A stretch of DNA of 63,897 bases, filler included, from Chiloscyllium plagiosum (Eukaryota), in the NCBI RefSeq assembly GCF_004010195.1. It is 5 parts of one record of this genome, joined end to end, with 100 filler letters (N's around TTAATTAATTAA, not from the genome) between each part and the next. Parts side by side here need not be neighbours in the genome. Positions count along the whole stretch, not along the records: positions 61,411 to 63,897 come from NC_057717.1; 4 more parts are not named here. One strand, written 5' to 3'. The notes beneath the pieces were generated by a model. That model did no database searches. It had not been told where the DNA came from and worked only from the letters and a program-made list of their open reading frames with translations. The first letter of the stretch is position 1. Each line of letters opens with the position of its first letter. Position numbers and translations under genes: made by a program. Below, one piece after another: positions 61,311 through 63,897 of the stretch.

Positions 61311-62889
61311 NNNNNNNNNNNNNNNNNNNNNNNNNNNNNNNNNNNNNNNNNNNNTTAATTAATTAANNNNNNNNNNNNNNNNNNNNNNNNNNNNNNNNNN
61401 NNNNNNNNNNACACTACAAGGTCTCAAAGAAGTGAAACCAGACAGACCTGAGCACGGCCAGTCTACAGCACGTCGACGTGCAGTGGTTCTCAAATCAACT
61501 CGGAAAGAGAAATAAATGCTGGCCCAGCCAACAACACCCATGACCCATTAATGAAGAAAAGAAGATGACCACGCCCAGCATGGAGAGATAGAGGGGACAG
61601 AACTCACTCGAAACAGGGACTTGGATATCTATCTACATGGGCATGATACTCAGGAATATTGGAAAAGGTGAAAAATAAATGAAAATGATCTCCCAATTTA
61701 TTTCCATACCAGTTGACTATCCACAGTCCCTTTGTTTATATTTTTTGATGTCTCTATTTCGCCATATATTCAACACAATCCACCAACACATATTACACTA
61801 TTTCTCAGCTGCTTTCATGTCTGATGCATGGGGAGTGGACTCAAAATGCTAACTCTGTTTTTCTCTCAACAGAGGCTGCCAAGCCTACTCCATTTCCCCA
61901 GCACTCTGTTTCCTTTTGGTTCAGAACCCCAGTATCTTTCTTTATTTGATTTAACCTTTATTTTTGTTATTGTATGGGACATTGGCCCATCGAGTCCACA
62001 CTGACCCTCTGCAGAGCACTGCACTCAGACCCACCTCATACCCCATTCTTGCATTTCCCATGGCTAACCCGACTCCTACCCTGTCCCTGCGTCTCCCATA
62101 GCTAACACTCCTAGCTGCACATGATGGGTAATTTAGCATGGTCTGTCTATTGAACCTGTGTGCACTGTGGGAGGAAACTGAACCTAACAGAGGTGTATAA
62201 GAGCATGAGATGTATGAGCAGAGTGAACAGACAGCAGCTGTTCCCTTTAGTCAAAGGGTCAAAAATAAGGAGGATCAAGTTTAAAATGAAAGACAAGACA
62301 TAAAGAGAGGAGTTGTGGAATCTGTTTTGAACCCAGACGATGGTTTGTGTCTAGAATGCATTGCCTGAGAGGGCGGATAAGAAAGGAAACCACACAAACT
62401 TTATAAAGCACTTGTATCAGCATTGGATGGTGCAGACTCGATGGGCCTTGTCTTTAATATATTATTTCATGTGGTGGCAGCCATGAAAGCTCTGATTTAT
62501 TCTGAAGCAGCAATCAATGAGACTTGTTGGTTTGTTCCATCGAACTGTGCTCAGTAAGTGGCGAGATTACAAATCAGCATCATCCCATGGAGCATCAGTA
62601 CTTACTCAATCTAGGACAGCCCAGACATCTCTTAAAACATCCATGATAATTCACATGCTCAGTATAAGAATCGTCCAATGACAGCATCAGCATTATTTCA
62701 GCTGTTTGGCATCGTTATTATAAGGACACCAATAACATAGAAACAGACTTTGCTTCATTATTATATAGATTTCTTGTGTAAGGTTGTTATTTCTCTGAAG
62801 AATAATAAATTCCTTCTCATATATTCGCATTGACAAAGAGTTCGTTTCCTATGAGCGACTTGTGTAACACTCCATCCACCAGCAGTAAT

Positions 62890-63309
62890 TCAAAGTTTGT
62901 GAGAAGACAGCTAACGATCCGCATCCACGAATATCAACTAGCCACGAAACGACACAACCAGCTATCCCTAGTAGCCACACACGCAGACGACAAACAACAT
63001 GAATTTGACTGGGACAACACTACCATTATAGGGCAAGCGAAACAAAGAACAGCCAGGGAATTCCTAGAAGCATGGCACTCATCCACAAACTCCATCAACA
63101 AACACATCGACCTGGACCCAATATACCGGCCACTACAGCGGACAGCTGAAACTGACAACCGGAAGCGGCAGGGACAGGCCACTATAAATGCCGGAGGAAA
63201 CACCACAGAAGCACTTCACAGTAGGCTCCCAAGCACTGAGGATGTCACCTAGACAGGGGATGAAACGTTTACAACAAAAACTTCCAGCTCGGTGAACAGA
63301 ACCACAGCA
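62890..63309 (+). mobile_element. Penelope-like 3' fragment (second family) with a hammerhead core at 63236-63269
   Basis: RQLTIRIHEYQLATKRH...HEFDWDNTTIIGQ...REFLEAWHSSTNSINKHIDLDPIY; CTGAGGA-tgtcacct-agac-aggggat-GAAA-cgtt. A perfect 12-bp duplication accagcagtaat lies at 62878-62889 and 63310-63321. Confidence 0.93.
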
Positions 63310-63468
63310 ACCAGCAGTAATATTTACTCCCATTTAAACCGGTACATAAGATGCACAGCTGGCACTCTCTCTCAACAGCCACTTGGATGGACCAACACCA
63401 ACTGGACTGGAACGTCTCAACGGCAATTAATGCTGGTCTAGCTCCATTAAAATCCCAAATGAACACAG

Positions 63469-63897
63469 AACATAGAACATAGAACAATACAGCACAGAAC
63501 AGGCCCTTCGGCCCACGATGTTGTGCCGAACATTTGTCCTAGCTTAAGCACACATTCATGTACCTATCCAATTGCCGCTTAATGTTCGCCAATGATTCTG
63601 ACTCGTCTGGCACCATTAATTAGACTATTAATTTCCTCATCACTAGCCAGACTACCAGGTGGAGTATATTGCTCTCATTGAAACGAATGCTTGGAATATT
63701 TCCGGTATGAATCATGTGAATTAGAGCCTCTGAACGAGACATAGAACATAGAACAATACAGCACAGAACAGGCCTTTTGGCCCACGATGTTGTGCCAAAC
63801 ATTTGTCCTAGCCTAAGCACCTATACATGTACCTGTCCAATTGCCGCTTAAAGGTCACCAATGATTCTGACTCAGCCACTCCCACAGGCAGCGCATT
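63469..63897 (-). mobile_element. Two near-identical CR1 3' termini (~63469-63604 and ~63738-63897)
   Basis: Both read acatagaacatagaacaatacagcacagaacaggcc..ggcccacgatgttgtgcc.aacatttgtcctagc. Confidence 0.88.

Noticed and set aside
62470..63737. Very decayed Gypsy integrase-like frame on the minus strand around the PLE and CR1 inserts
   Set aside because: Only weak hints (WE*ILLLVDGVLHK); too many stops and frameshifts to support a call.

Overview
Eukaryotic, repeat-saturated DNA with no intact host protein-coding gene. The repeat families (CR1 LINEs with an SGNH-esterase ORF1, HE1/V-SINE-type SINEs, two Penelope-like families) point to a cartilaginous fish, probably a shark; this is inference. 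The window joins at least five scaffolds with an artificial 100-bp N44-TTAATTAATTAA-N44 spacer, so adjacency across those spacers is not biological. Main contents: (1) a ~12.4-kb array of a 48-bp satellite with higher-order structure, apparently derived from an older LINE-2-like minisatellite; (2) a decayed class I (epsilon/gamma-like) endogenous retrovirus pol fragment; (3) a decayed minus-strand tRNA cluster (Lys-CTT, Asn, Leu); (4) many Penelope-like elements and short derivatives with hammerhead-ribozyme cores and 9-15 bp target duplications; (5) a Harbinger-type element carrying a two-exon Myb/SANT pseudogene; (6) a Gmr1-type Gypsy element with integrase upstream of RT; (7) several segmental duplications; (8) a ~1.2-kb decayed reading frame that I cannot assign to any family, a possible viral or unclassified TE relic. 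All calls were made by eye. Boundaries are approximate unless a motif is quoted.
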